Shown here: in pieces, positions 1-8,920 of the stretch
How the letters are laid out: every line of letters begins with the position of its first letter
How positions within the stretch are numbered: position 1 is the stretch's first letter
Source of the DNA: Actinomycetota bacterium
Lineage (GTDB): Bacteria; Actinomycetota; UBA4738; JACQTL01
NCBI GenBank assembly: GCA_045805265.1
Contig: JBJMLO010000023.1
Span: 478-64,477 of the forward strand
Direction: 5' to 3'
DNA: 64,000 bases
Position numbers and translations under genes: made by a program
The notes under the pieces: model-generated
What the model saw: the letters and a program-made list of their open reading frames with translations, nothing else
Told to the model about the DNA's origin: nothing
Database searches by the model: none

Positions 1-120
1 TTCACCGATCGCCTCAGGCCCATGGTGCGTAATCTGGAAGGCCATCGGGCAGCGGGCGCCCCGGGGCGCGCCCATCAAAGACCTCGTCAGATGAACAGCC
101 AGCCCGCCTGGCCCCTCACG

Positions 121-128
121 CTGACGAG
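121..128. repeat. Target-site duplication, left copy (CTGACGAG)
   Basis: Identical to 2922-2929 and abuts the left IR. Confidence 0.9.
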
Positions 129-150
129 GGCAATGACTTACTTGACACAC
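129..150 (+). repeat. Left terminal inverted repeat
   Basis: GGCAATGACTTACTTGACACAC; its reverse complement matches 2900-2921 with 4 mismatches. Confidence 0.9.
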
Positions 151-177
151 CATGGGGCTAGGTAGTAGACTCACCCC

Positions 178-1110
178 ATGAGCACGAAGCACCGCCTCCC
201 CACCACCCTCATCGAAGCCGCTCGCTACTTCGCGGACCTCGACGTGGCGACCGAGTTCGTGGCCCGCCTGCGCTGGCCTGAGGGGCCGATCTGCCCCGAC
301 TGCGGCGGCAAGGACCACGGCTACATCACGACCCGGCGACTGTGGAAGTGCAAGAACAAGACCTGCCGCCGTCAGTTCTCGGTAAAGGTTGGGACCATCT
401 TCGAGGACAGCCCGATCAAGCTCGACAAGTGGCTGTGCTCGATCTGGCTCATCGCCAACGCGAAAAACGGGATCAGCTCGCACGAGCTGGCCCGCTCCAT
501 CGGACTGACGCAGAAGTCCGCGTGGTTCGTCCTCCATCGCGTCCGGCTCGCCATGCAGACCGGCTCGTTCGAGGCTGCGGGGACCGTCGAGGTTGATGAG
601 ACCTACATCGGGGGGCTCGCCAGGAACATGCACGCGAAGGAGCGGCGGGCCAAGATCAAGTCGCGTGGCGGTGACGACAAGGCCAAGGTCGTCGGTCTCA
701 TCGAGCGTGGCGGCAAGGTTCAGGCCCAGGTCGTCCCCGACGTGAAGCGGCCGACTCTGCAGGGCTTCGTCCGGGGGAACGTGCAGTCGGGCTCCACGAT
801 CTACACCGATTCCGCGCTCGCCTACACCGGGCTCGCCGACGATTACGAGCACGAGACCGTGGATCACGCCGTCGAGTACGTCCGGGAGCAGGTATCCACC
901 AACGCCATCGAGAACTTCTGGTCGCTGCTCAAGCGTGGTCTCCGGGGCACCTACGTCAGCGTCCAGCCCTTCCACCTGTTCCGCTACCTCGATGAGCAGG
1001 TCTACCGCTTCAACGCCCGGAAGGACGACGACCTGGGGCGGTTCGCGGGGGTGCTGGCGATGGTCGCCGGTCGTCGGCTGACCTGGAATGGCTTGACGGG
1101 GAAGGCATGA
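178..1110 (+). CDS. IS1595-family (ISXO2-like) DDE transposase
   Basis: Zn ribbon CPDC...CKNKTC, HTH region, catalytic motifs VEVDETYIGG / IYTD / TNAIENFWSLLKR, YLDEQVYRFN. Confidence 0.95.
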   Translation: MSTKHRLPTTLIEAARYFADLDVATEFVARLRWPEGPICPDCGGKDHGYITTRRLWKCKNKTCRRQFSVKVGTIFEDSPIKLDKWLCSIWLIANAKNGISSHELARSIGLTQKSAWFVLHRVRLAMQTGSFEAAGTVEVDETYIGGLARNMHAKERRAKIKSRGGDDKAKVVGLIERGGKVQAQVVPDVKRPTLQGFVRGNVQSGSTIYTDSALAYTGLADDYEHETVDHAVEYVREQVSTNAIENFWSLLKRGLRGTYVSVQPFHLFRYLDEQVYRFNARKDDDLGRFAGVLAMVAGRRLTWNGLTGKA

Positions 1111-1167
1111 TGCGTGTCGGGAGGTCCCGGTATCATCGAACACGTGTTCGGCTAGGAATGGGGAGTC

Positions 1168-1932
1168 ATGGCGACGCGTGACAGTGGTTCAGGCGCAGCA
1201 GAGCGGTTTTCGCTCACGCTCGACGGACCCGGCTTGACGTGGGCGAACTTCGTCCAGGCCTCTGAAGCTCTCGACGGCATCATGAAATCCGTGGATCGGA
1301 GCGTGTCGGAGTCGGCTGAGCCCTCCGTCCGCTGGATCATCCGTTCCATCAGCAAGGCCAGCCCGCTCGTGGTGGAGATCGAAGGACGACCCGCTCGCAA
1401 CGATGTGAAGCAGGCGGTGGTGAGGAAGACCGTCGGCGCTGTCGCCAACGGCATTCGACGTCTTCAGAGGCGCGCCGAACGCCCGCCCTTCTTCTCGGAC
1501 CGAGCCTTGGAGAAGGCCAAGATGCTTGCTGACCTGCGGGGCAAGAACCTGTCCGACATTCGCGTGAGGAAGGGCAAGCAGCAGGTGGAGGTCACCAGCA
1601 GACTTTCTGCCAACGTGGACGAACTCATCGGTCCCAAGTATTCGTCCCTCGGGTCGGTCGAGGGAACCCTTGAGGCAATCACGATCCACAACAAGCATGA
1701 GTTCTCGATCTACGACTCGCTGACGGGTCGCCGTGTTCGATGCAACTTCGGCCAGCGGGTGGACTTGGATGAGGTCAAGCAGGGATTCGGCGACCGCGTC
1801 GCCGCATACGGCACGATCCACTATCGGGCCACCGGGGAGCCGGTCAGCGTGGACGTTGAGTCCTTCGAGGTCTTTCCGCCAGCCACCGATCTCCCTTCAG
1901 CCGATGACGTGCAAGGCATCCTCGGAGGCTGA
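1168..1932 (+). CDS. Hypothetical passenger protein with probable C-terminal OB-fold; candidate partner of the PIN nuclease
   Basis: 254 aa, SD-like GGGGAG upstream, beta-rich C-terminus (GSVEGTLEAI...VRCNF...RVAAYGTIHY); stop 2 nt before the PIN gene. Confidence 0.75.
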   Translation: MATRDSGSGAAERFSLTLDGPGLTWANFVQASEALDGIMKSVDRSVSESAEPSVRWIIRSISKASPLVVEIEGRPARNDVKQAVVRKTVGAVANGIRRLQRRAERPPFFSDRALEKAKMLADLRGKNLSDIRVRKGKQQVEVTSRLSANVDELIGPKYSSLGSVEGTLEAITIHNKHEFSIYDSLTGRRVRCNFGQRVDLDEVKQGFGDRVAAYGTIHYRATGEPVSVDVESFEVFPPATDLPSADDVQGILGG

Positions 1933-1934
1933 GC

Positions 1935-2357
1935 ATGGCGCGTCTGCCCCGACGTTGCTGGGACTCGGTCGCTTTCGTGGGCTGGCTTGGCAAAGAGGCC
2001 GACAAGCGGGACGCCTGTGAGTCTGTCGTCCGCGCAGCCGAGCGCGGGGAACTTGAGATCGTCGCATCGGCGCTGGCACTCGCCGAAGCCATCAAGCCCA
2101 AGCATGGGCACGCCCGGCTCAGCCCTGACGACTCCGCGAAGATCAGCGGATTCTTCAGGCAGCCGTACATCATCATCGTCAACGTGGATCGCGCTGTGGC
2201 GGAGCAGGCTCGGCAGCTCTGTTGGGATCACCCGAAACTTGATCCCAAGGACGCGATCCACGTCGTCACGGCGCTCCGGGCTCGGGCGTCTCAGCTCGAC
2301 ACCTTCGACGGCGCTCTGATCGCTCTGTCCGAACAACTGGGGGGGACCCACCGCTGA
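1935..2357 (+). CDS. PIN-domain (VapC-like) ribonuclease; C-terminus probably frameshifted at a G7 run
   Basis: PIN acidic residues in CWDS, LAEA, DAIHVVTA, DTFD; an alternative frame after G7 (2339-2345) continues GDPPLKIGRPDLP to a stop at 2473. Confidence 0.85.
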   Translation: MARLPRRCWDSVAFVGWLGKEADKRDACESVVRAAERGELEIVASALALAEAIKPKHGHARLSPDDSAKISGFFRQPYIIIVNVDRAVAEQARQLCWDHPKLDPKDAIHVVTALRARASQLDTFDGALIALSEQLGGTHR

Positions 2358-2441
2358 AGATTGGACGGCCCGACTTGCCGCTGCAGGCTGTCATGCTGGA
2401 CGAGACTGGCCAAGTGCCCCAGACTGATAGCGAGGCTGAAG

Positions 2442-2615
2442 ATGAGAGCGAAGAAGACGACGAAGACGGGTAACGGCCGAACATCGGGCGACAAGCCCCG
2501 CCGCTCCGAGGAGTTCGACCGGATGGAAGACCTGACCCGCAAGCTAGTCCGCGTCCCCAAGCGTGAGGTCCAAGAGGCTGAGGCCAAGCGGGAGAAGCGC
2601 GCCCGCCGCTCCTGA
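2442..2615 (+). CDS. Small basic helical protein (57 aa)
   Basis: ATG at 2442; MRAKK...EEFDRMEDLTRKLVRVPKREV; its stop overlaps the next ATG (TGATG). Confidence 0.6.
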   Translation: MRAKKTTKTGNGRTSGDKPRRSEEFDRMEDLTRKLVRVPKREVQEAEAKREKRARRS

Positions 2616-2692
2616 TGGACGCAGGTTTCTGGATCTTCGTCATCCTCCTGATGGCGGGCGCGATTTGGTTCCGGTACAAGGCGACGAAGTAG
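2615..2692 (+). CDS. 25-aa single-TM peptide MDAGFWIFVILLMAGAIWFRYKATK
   Basis: TGATG coupling to the upstream ORF, hydrophobic core with basic tail; below the ORF-track length cutoff. Confidence 0.45.
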   Translation: MDAGFWIFVILLMAGAIWFRYKATK

Positions 2693-2697
2693 AGACC

Positions 2698-2895
2698 ATG
2701 GCGCGTGTAAATGCACGGCCATGGGTATTGGTGGGCATCGGGATCGGCGTACTGGCAGGCCTCGCGAGCGTGTTGCCGTGGCCACGAGATATCAGATTGA
2801 CCCTAGCCGCCGTTTCCCTGTTAGCCCCTTTAGTGACCCTCCTCGTCCTGTTCATAGGACACAGAGGTCGAGGGGAGTCCCGAAGCCGCGACTAA
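2698..2895 (+). CDS. Small 2-TM membrane protein (65 aa)
   Basis: ATG at 2698, two hydrophobic segments, basic tail, ends just before the right IR. Confidence 0.5.
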   Translation: MARVNARPWVLVGIGIGVLAGLASVLPWPRDIRLTLAAVSLLAPLVTLLVLFIGHRGRGESRSRD

Positions 2896-2899
2896 TCAG

Positions 2900-2921
2900 G
2901 TGAGCCAAGTAAGTCGTTACC
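2900..2921 (-). repeat. Right terminal inverted repeat
   Basis: GTGAGCCAAGTAAGTCGTTACC. Confidence 0.9.
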
Positions 2922-2929
2922 CTGACGAG
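2922..2929. repeat. Target-site duplication, right copy (CTGACGAG)
   Basis: Identical to 121-128. Confidence 0.9.
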
Positions 2930-3027
2930 CGTCGCGTACTCCGTCGAGCCGGTCAGCGATTGCTCGAGAAGGTTCCCGTCGTGCGTCGCGCCGACCGACC
3001 GCGAGCGGGAAGTATGCGAGCGAATCC

Positions 3028-3061
3028 TCTCAGCGTGTTCTCAGCCGCCGCGGCCCAGCAT
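3028..3061 (+). promoter_or_regulatory. TCTCAG-N5-TCTCAG direct repeat (MprA/OmpR-type box) with possible -10 CAGCAT
   Basis: TCTCAGC at 3028 and 3039 (11-bp period), about 60 nt upstream of the ATG at 3104. Confidence 0.5.
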
Positions 3062-3103
3062 GGGCTTCAACCTTCGATCCCACCGAAGCGGAGGAAGGAG
3101 CCC

Positions 3104-4573
3104 ATGCCCAGAGCACGCACATCCCGGCAACCCACGGACCGTGTTGGCCTGGCCCCCAGGGCACGCGGCCCGATGGGCATCGCAGCCCTCGCGGCGTCGT
3201 TCATGCTGCTCGTCCTCACTGCGGGGCGGGGTGCCGAGGGACAGCCCTCGGCCATCGCGGCATCGCCCCCCGGCCTCGGCTGCCGGAACAGCGTGTCGAC
3301 GCAGATCCCGCAGCCGACCCAGGCACAACTCGATGCCGCAGGTCTCGGTGATCTCCCCCTGGCACCGGACTCCGCGCGGCGTGACCTCGTGGCCGCGCCG
3401 TTCTCCGGCTCGACGTCGGTGACCAACCCACTGTTCCCCATCGGCCAGCTGAAGTCGGCGATCCTGAACGGACACGTCGACGGCAAGGTCTTCCACACCG
3501 AGACCACGCTGCTGCCGTTCACCAAGATCGTCGAGTGGACGCCCGGCCAATGCGTGCGAGTCCTGGTCTCGCAATACATGGCCTTCCTCGGAGGCCGCCT
3601 GCAGGAAACTGCCATCGACTTCTACGCGCAGGCCGACGACGGATCGGTCTGGTACCTCGGCGAGAGTGTGGCCGACTACCGCGCCAACCGGCTCATCGAC
3701 ACGACCGAAGGAACGTGGCAGGCAGGCACCGAAGGCCCGATGGCGATGATCATGCCCTCGGATCCGCAGGTCGGCGACGTGAACCGGGCCGAGAACATTC
3801 CCGGGAACTCCTTCGAGGAGGTCCACGTCACGAAGGTCGACCAGACCTTCGATGGCCCGTCGGGTCCGGTCTCGGGCGGGATCGTGGCACGGGAGATCCA
3901 CCAGGACGCCCCGCCGAGCAACAAGCTGTTCGCACCCGGGTACGGTGAGTTCAGGTCGACCGATGGCCCCGACGTCGAGGCGATGGCGCTGGCCTCGCCG
4001 ACGGACTCGCTGCCGGGCGGGGTGCCCGTCGAGCTGAAGACGATCTCGAGGGGCGCCGACCGCATCTTCGGCTCGCGCCTGGCGACGCGGGCGCAGTGGA
4101 CACGCGCGGAGATCATTTCGCGGGGAATGCTCGACGCCTGGGTGGCGTACCGCGACGGCGACGTGCCGCCGCGGCTGGTGAAGCCGACGAGCGTCGCGCT
4201 GCGGAACCTGGTGGCGCAGGTCGCAGTGCGCAACCGCGCCAGCACCCGCTCGGCGTCGATCGACGCCGCGTACGCCAGCAACGACCTGCAGCTCCGGTAC
4301 CGGCCGGTGACCAGGGTCGACACCATGCGGTTCGAGCTGTGGACTCGGCGGGCGTTGGTGGACGCCATTGGAGGTTTCCTCGGCGGCGTCCGCAGCGACG
4401 TGGTCACCCTGGAGTGGATCCGAGACCGCATCGCGCAGACGCTCGATCCGGTCACGCTCGTCCGGATCGACACGCTGGTCGGTGAGCTGGGAACCGCCGT
4501 GGTCGACAAGGACCTGCCGGTTGCCGCGCGGACCGCTCGCGACCTGCGGGAGGTGGTGGCCAAGCTCATGTGA
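3104..4573 (+). CDS. Secreted hypothetical protein
   Basis: SD AGGAAGGAG before ATG 3104, hydrophobic signal segment, beta-rich domain (TNPLFPI...DFYAQADDGSVWYLGE) and helical C-terminal domain. Confidence 0.8.
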   Translation: MPRARTSRQPTDRVGLAPRARGPMGIAALAASFMLLVLTAGRGAEGQPSAIAASPPGLGCRNSVSTQIPQPTQAQLDAAGLGDLPLAPDSARRDLVAAPFSGSTSVTNPLFPIGQLKSAILNGHVDGKVFHTETTLLPFTKIVEWTPGQCVRVLVSQYMAFLGGRLQETAIDFYAQADDGSVWYLGESVADYRANRLIDTTEGTWQAGTEGPMAMIMPSDPQVGDVNRAENIPGNSFEEVHVTKVDQTFDGPSGPVSGGIVAREIHQDAPPSNKLFAPGYGEFRSTDGPDVEAMALASPTDSLPGGVPVELKTISRGADRIFGSRLATRAQWTRAEIISRGMLDAWVAYRDGDVPPRLVKPTSVALRNLVAQVAVRNRASTRSASIDAAYASNDLQLRYRPVTRVDTMRFELWTRRALVDAIGGFLGGVRSDVVTLEWIRDRIAQTLDPVTLVRIDTLVGELGTAVVDKDLPVAARTARDLREVVAKLM

Positions 4574-4658
4574 GTCCCTTCGGCTGAGGGGAGGAGTTCG
4601 GTCGGAAGCTGCTCCCGAGGGGGGAAGCCGTGGGTCCGCAACTCGCAACCCGCCGGGG

Positions 4659-5828
4659 TCAGCAGCCGTGCTCGACGAGTCCGGTGGACCCGATCGGGTG
4701 ATTGGCGGTTCCGACGGCCCAGATGTTCATCCCGGTCGGTGTGGCCACGCCGAAGAGCCGGTTCGCGGCCGTCCCGGAGTTGGGGCTCGACACGACACTC
4801 CAGCTCCCGCTCGAGAAGTGGGCGAGGAGGGTTCGGCGGACGAAGCTGTTGCTGTCCCGCTCGCCGACCGCCCAGGCGTTGCCCGCCGCGACCGCGCTCA
4901 CGTCGTTGAAGAAGTTGATCTTGTCGGTCCCGACGTTGGGGCTGTCGACCACATCCCAGCCGGAGCCCGTGTTGCGGATCGTCAGGGTCTGGAGGGCCGC
5001 GGTGCCGGACCGGCTGCCCACCGCCCACTGGGCCGTGGCGCTCGGCGTCGACACGCCGATGAGATCGGCGCCGGATCCGGAGACCGGCGGAACGGTTTCC
5101 CTGGCCCAGTTGGAGCCGTCGAACCGCTCGACGAGGGCCTCGTTGCCCCCCGACGTCCCCGCGTGCCCGACCGCAACGATATTGGTCCGCGAGATCGCCG
5201 AGACGTCCTGGAGGTCCCCGCCGTTCGCCAGCGAGGCCCCGTGGACGGTGACCCACTTCGTACCGTTGAAATGTTCGATCACGGTCTTGTTCCCCGGCCG
5301 GCCGTTGGCGCCCACGGCCCAGATGTTCGTCGCCGACACGGCATCGACTCCCTTGAGGAAGTTGTCGCTGGCCGCGATGGGGTTGGGGCTCGCGACGACG
5401 ACCCACCTGGTCCCGTTCCAGTGCTCGACGAGGGTCCGATTGTGGCCACCACCGACGGGGGTGTAGTAGCCGACCGCCCACGCGTTCTTCGCGCCGAGCA
5501 CGGTCACGTCGTACAGCTCGGTGGTGGATCCCTTGTCCGGGCTCGGCACGATCCTCCACTTCGTCCCGTTGTAGTGCTCCACGAGCGGCCTGCCCGCCGC
5601 CCCGCTGCTGCCGACGGCCCAGATGTTCGTCGCCGAGAGCGCGTCGATGCCGTACAGCTGGTCAAAGGGTGGAGAGTCGACCTCTGGGTGATTCACCGGG
5701 TTGAACGTGCAGGCCACCGCCGTCGCCGCGGTGGCCGACGCGGACGGCACGAGGGGGACGGCGACCGCTGCCGCGAGGAAGCCGAGCCGGGCCCGGAGCG
5801 ACACCAATGATCGGATCGAGTGGTTCAT
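4659..5828 (-). CDS. Secreted 7-repeat beta-propeller protein
   Basis: Signal peptide, SD AAGGAG, seven roughly 47-aa repeats of the form N(I/A)WAVG...LVEHxNGxxWxxVxSP. Confidence 0.85.
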   Translation of the reverse strand: MNHSIRSLVSLRARLGFLAAAVAVPLVPSASATAATAVACTFNPVNHPEVDSPPFDQLYGIDALSATNIWAVGSSGAAGRPLVEHYNGTKWRIVPSPDKGSTTELYDVTVLGAKNAWAVGYYTPVGGGHNRTLVEHWNGTRWVVVASPNPIAASDNFLKGVDAVSATNIWAVGANGRPGNKTVIEHFNGTKWVTVHGASLANGGDLQDVSAISRTNIVAVGHAGTSGGNEALVERFDGSNWARETVPPVSGSGADLIGVSTPSATAQWAVGSRSGTAALQTLTIRNTGSGWDVVDSPNVGTDKINFFNDVSAVAAGNAWAVGERDSNSFVRRTLLAHFSSGSWSVVSSPNSGTAANRLFGVATPTGMNIWAVGTANHPIGSTGLVEHGC

Positions 5829-5901
5829 AGCGATGCTCCTTCTACGAGTGGACGCGGTCGGTGGGAGGACTCTGAGCGGCCACCGGCACTTTTGGAGACA
5901 G

Positions 5902-7422
5902 CTATTCGGGGGTGAGGTCCGTGCCGTAGGGGCAGTCGGTACGGTAGTTCAGGATCAGCGGCGAGAAGTCGGCGTGGTGGAAGTCGAACGCGCCCTTGAG
6001 GGGGTTCGCCTGCTTGTCGCGCTTGGTGAGCGGCTTCAGGTGGAACGTGTCCTCGATGAAGGCCAGCACCGAGGAGAACTCGTAGGTCGTTTGGTCGACG
6101 GTGCCGCCGTCCGCGTTGCCCCCTTTGCGGGTCCACGGCGAGATGATCAGCGCGGGGACCCGGGGCCCGAGCCCCAGGACGTCGTAGTGGGGCGGGGGAA
6201 CGTGGTCGTAGAAGCCGCCGAAGTCGTCCCACACCACGATGATCGCCGTCGATTTCCAGTACTTGGAGTGCATGACCGCGTTGATGTGCTGCACGGTCCA
6301 GTTCTCGCCGGCGCAGACGCTGACGTTCTCCCCGGGGTGCTCGTTGTACGAGTCCGGCGGGTTGATCCACGAGACCGCCGGCATGTGCCCGGCCTTGATG
6401 TCCTTGATGAACTGCTCGGGCGGCTTCACGTACTTGCGGTCGTTGCCATTCCACACGTGGTTGATGACCTGCATCGCGTTGTAGATGGTGTCGTCGTCCG
6501 TGTAGTAGCGCCAGCTCACGTGCTTCTTGTCCATCTCGTCCGACAGCAGCTTCATGTCGAAGCACAGGCGCTGCTGGTGCCAGAAATGGGCGATCTTGAA
6601 GACGAAGTTGGGGTAGTTGCCGGGGTCCCGGACGTGGTCCTCCCAGAACTTGATCTTCTTGGTCTGGGCGGCCGTGAGCGTGGCGGGGAACGCCGGCGCC
6701 GTCTCCGACGGGTCGTCGCACATCCTGGGGGTGGCGCCGTTCGGCGTGATGTTCTGGGGGTTGTCCACGATCCCGAAGTCCTGCGCGGCGACCGTGTACA
6801 GGTGCTCGGGCGTCGTGGGGCCGTACATCGAGCTGAAGAAATGGTCGGCGAGGACGAACCGGTCCGCGTACTTGTAGTAGTTGGGGATGCACCCGCTCCC
6901 CTGCTGCTTCGCGCTCTGGTCGCTGGACGGCGACACCGAGCAGTCCTTGCTCATGACGGTGTAGCCGGTCTTGTCCGTCCCGTCGAGGATCGTGTTGTAC
7001 CCGTCCATCTTCCCGCCGTCGATGGACAGGATCCCGGAGACGAACCCGTGGGTGATGTCATGGGGATTCTCGTCGTAGGCCGGCGCCAGCGGGATCGTGA
7101 TCTGCTGGTGGCTCGCCGACAGCCCCTTCCCGCTGGTCGCGCCGGCAGCCCCCGGGTACTTGCCGAAGAAGGTGTCGAAGGTCCGGTTCTCCTTCACCAG
7201 GAACACGATGTGCTTGATCGGGTTCTTCCCGGAGAACGAGCCCGTGTCCGACGGCGTGGTCGGCGAGGTCTTGTTCTTGCCGCCGCGTGACCACGGGTGG
7301 TAGACGACGGCGCCCGCCACCAGCAGGACGAGCACGATCAGAATGACCGCCGTCCTGCCGGTACGGCGGCGCCGGCGGCGCATCGACGCCCGGCCCGGGA
7401 TGATCGGCCTCGGGACCTGCAT
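5902..7422 (-). CDS. Phosphoesterase / phospholipase C-acid phosphatase family protein, membrane-anchored
   Basis: [49 protein letters not shown]; start uncertain (7383, 7422 or 7440). Confidence 0.92.
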   Translation of the reverse strand: MQVPRPIIPGRASMRRRRRRTGRTAVILIVLVLLVAGAVVYHPWSRGGKNKTSPTTPSDTGSFSGKNPIKHIVFLVKENRTFDTFFGKYPGAAGATSGKGLSASHQQITIPLAPAYDENPHDITHGFVSGILSIDGGKMDGYNTILDGTDKTGYTVMSKDCSVSPSSDQSAKQQGSGCIPNYYKYADRFVLADHFFSSMYGPTTPEHLYTVAAQDFGIVDNPQNITPNGATPRMCDDPSETAPAFPATLTAAQTKKIKFWEDHVRDPGNYPNFVFKIAHFWHQQRLCFDMKLLSDEMDKKHVSWRYYTDDDTIYNAMQVINHVWNGNDRKYVKPPEQFIKDIKAGHMPAVSWINPPDSYNEHPGENVSVCAGENWTVQHINAVMHSKYWKSTAIIVVWDDFGGFYDHVPPPHYDVLGLGPRVPALIISPWTRKGGNADGGTVDQTTYEFSSVLAFIEDTFHLKPLTKRDKQANPLKGAFDFHHADFSPLILNYRTDCPYGTDLTPE

Positions 7423-7479
7423 GGCCAAGGAACCTCTCACACACGAGGGGATTCCGCACGTGTATGGCGGAAAATCGGG

Positions 7480-7863
7480 TCAGCAGCCCGGAAGATGCGC
7501 CACCACGGCCTCGACCGCGTTGCTCGCCGCGCTGACGCCATGCCGCTCGAGGAGCGCCTTCCGGAGCTTGGCCACGGCTCGCACCAGCTGGTGGACGGTC
7601 CTGGCGTCCTGGGCATCGCCCGCGGCGGCGAAGGCGGACACGTCGGCTCGCAGCTTCGGGAGCATCCTGCCCAGCGCGTCCGGGCGGAATCCCGATTGGA
7701 TCAACAGGAGGTCCTGGCACAGCTGCTGCTTGGCCTTCGCGACGGCATCGCCCACGGAAGTCGTCGAGTCTCCCGGCGAAGCGCCGCCCAGGGATCCCGA
7801 TCCGCAGGCACCGAGGGTCCCCGCGAGCAGCAGGGCCGCGATGAGCCTTCGAGTCGCTCGCAC
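7480..7863 (-). CDS. Small helical lipoprotein
   Basis: GTG start; RATRRLIAALLLAGTLGAC lipobox. Confidence 0.65.
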   Translation of the reverse strand: MRATRRLIAALLLAGTLGACGSGSLGGASPGDSTTSVGDAVAKAKQQLCQDLLLIQSGFRPDALGRMLPKLRADVSAFAAAGDAQDARTVHQLVRAVAKLRKALLERHGVSAASNAVEAVVAHLPGC

Positions 7864-7928
7864 GCGAAGGAGTCTCTCGCATCGGCGGGCCCCGCGGAGG
7901 GCGCGCCTCGGAACTTCGGATCCAGCGG

Positions 7929-8867
7929 TCACGCAGGCCGGCGCACGATTCGATCCGCCATGGCCCCGAGCCCGATCAGCTCGGATTGGCCGGGATGGAC
8001 GACCAGACCGACCGGTCTCGACGCGGGACGGGTGTCGTCGTCGTCGACCTCGCGGGCGAGGGCGGTTCCCCCCAGGGAGACGACGAGGGCGGCCGCGATC
8101 CCGGCCGCGACGAGCCGCCGAACGCGGGCCGGCTGCCGCTCCTCGCGTGGACGCTTGCCCGACTCCTCGTGGGCCCGGCGCTCCAGCTCGTCGTCGAGCG
8201 GCCCGAGGGGAGCGCCTCCCGTCACGGGCTCGAGGCCCCGCGCCAGCAGTGCGTCGGTCAGCTCCGGATTGAGGGCGAGGACCGGTCCGTGCAGGTAGGT
8301 GCCGACGATCGTGCCCTGCACCGCGCCCTCGGTCCCGTCCGCGCCGTTGTTCCCCTGGTCGCGGGGGACCGACCCGAGCGGCTCGACCCCGTCGCCGAAC
8401 GTCGTCCTGCCGCCGTGGTTCTCGAACCCGACGAGGTCGAACGAATCGCCCCACAGCCGCCCCCGCCCGTGGACCCGGCCGATGATGCGCGGCTCGGAGG
8501 CCCGGGTCTCGACGTCGAGGAGCCCCATGCCGTCGATTGCCCGTCCGTCGGGCAGCATGTAGCGCGTCCCGAGGAACTGGTAGCCGCCGCACACGCCGAG
8601 GATCACCGCGCCGCGATCCGCCGCGCCGCGCAGCTCGTCGCCGCGGCGGCGGAGGTCCGGTCCGACGATCTCCTGGACGCGGTCGGTCCCTCCCCCCAGC
8701 AGCACGACGTTGGCATCGGGCGGGATCGGCTCGCCGATGCCGACCTCGTCCACGCGGACGCTGAACCCGCGCCACTCGGCGCGGCGGACGAGCGAGAGGA
8801 CGTTCCCGCGGTCGCCGTAGGTGCGGAGGAGTCGCGGGTACAGGTGAACCAGCACGAGGTCGCTCAT
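7929..8867 (-). CDS. gatD: Type 1 glutamine amidotransferase GatD (CobQ-like) with C-terminal hydrophobic extension
   Basis: HLYP..L.TYGDRGN, GVCGGYQ (catalytic Cys), GFENHGG, GTYLHGP; directly downstream of murT. Confidence 0.88.
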   Translation of the reverse strand: MSDLVLVHLYPRLLRTYGDRGNVLSLVRRAEWRGFSVRVDEVGIGEPIPPDANVVLLGGGTDRVQEIVGPDLRRRGDELRGAADRGAVILGVCGGYQFLGTRYMLPDGRAIDGMGLLDVETRASEPRIIGRVHGRGRLWGDSFDLVGFENHGGRTTFGDGVEPLGSVPRDQGNNGADGTEGAVQGTIVGTYLHGPVLALNPELTDALLARGLEPVTGGAPLGPLDDELERRAHEESGKRPREERQPARVRRLVAAGIAAALVVSLGGTALAREVDDDDTRPASRPVGLVVHPGQSELIGLGAMADRIVRRPA

Positions 8868-8920
8868 GGCACACCCCTTCGACGGGGCTCGGCCAGGTCG
8901 TCGAAGCGTCGTCCCATCGT

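Larger units (their letters stand above)
129..2921 (+). mobile_element. IS1595-family element with passenger genes (tIS), apparently complete
   Basis: Imperfect terminal IRs at 129-150 and 2900-2921 (18/22 match), identical 8-bp flanks CTGACGAG at 121-128 and 2922-2929, and an IS1595-type transposase inside. Confidence 0.93.

Noticed and set aside
82-129. 9-bp inverted repeat CCTCGTCAG / CTGACGAGG at the IS target, and a possible minus-strand ORF remnant (...LLEQSLTGSTEYATLVSVRGQAGWLFI-stop) across the reconstructed empty site
   Set aside because: Too short to separate from chance; no start codon or family can be assigned.
2900-3103. N-terminal extension of ORF 2900-4573
   Set aside because: Starts inside the IS right IR; a strong SD supports ATG 3104.
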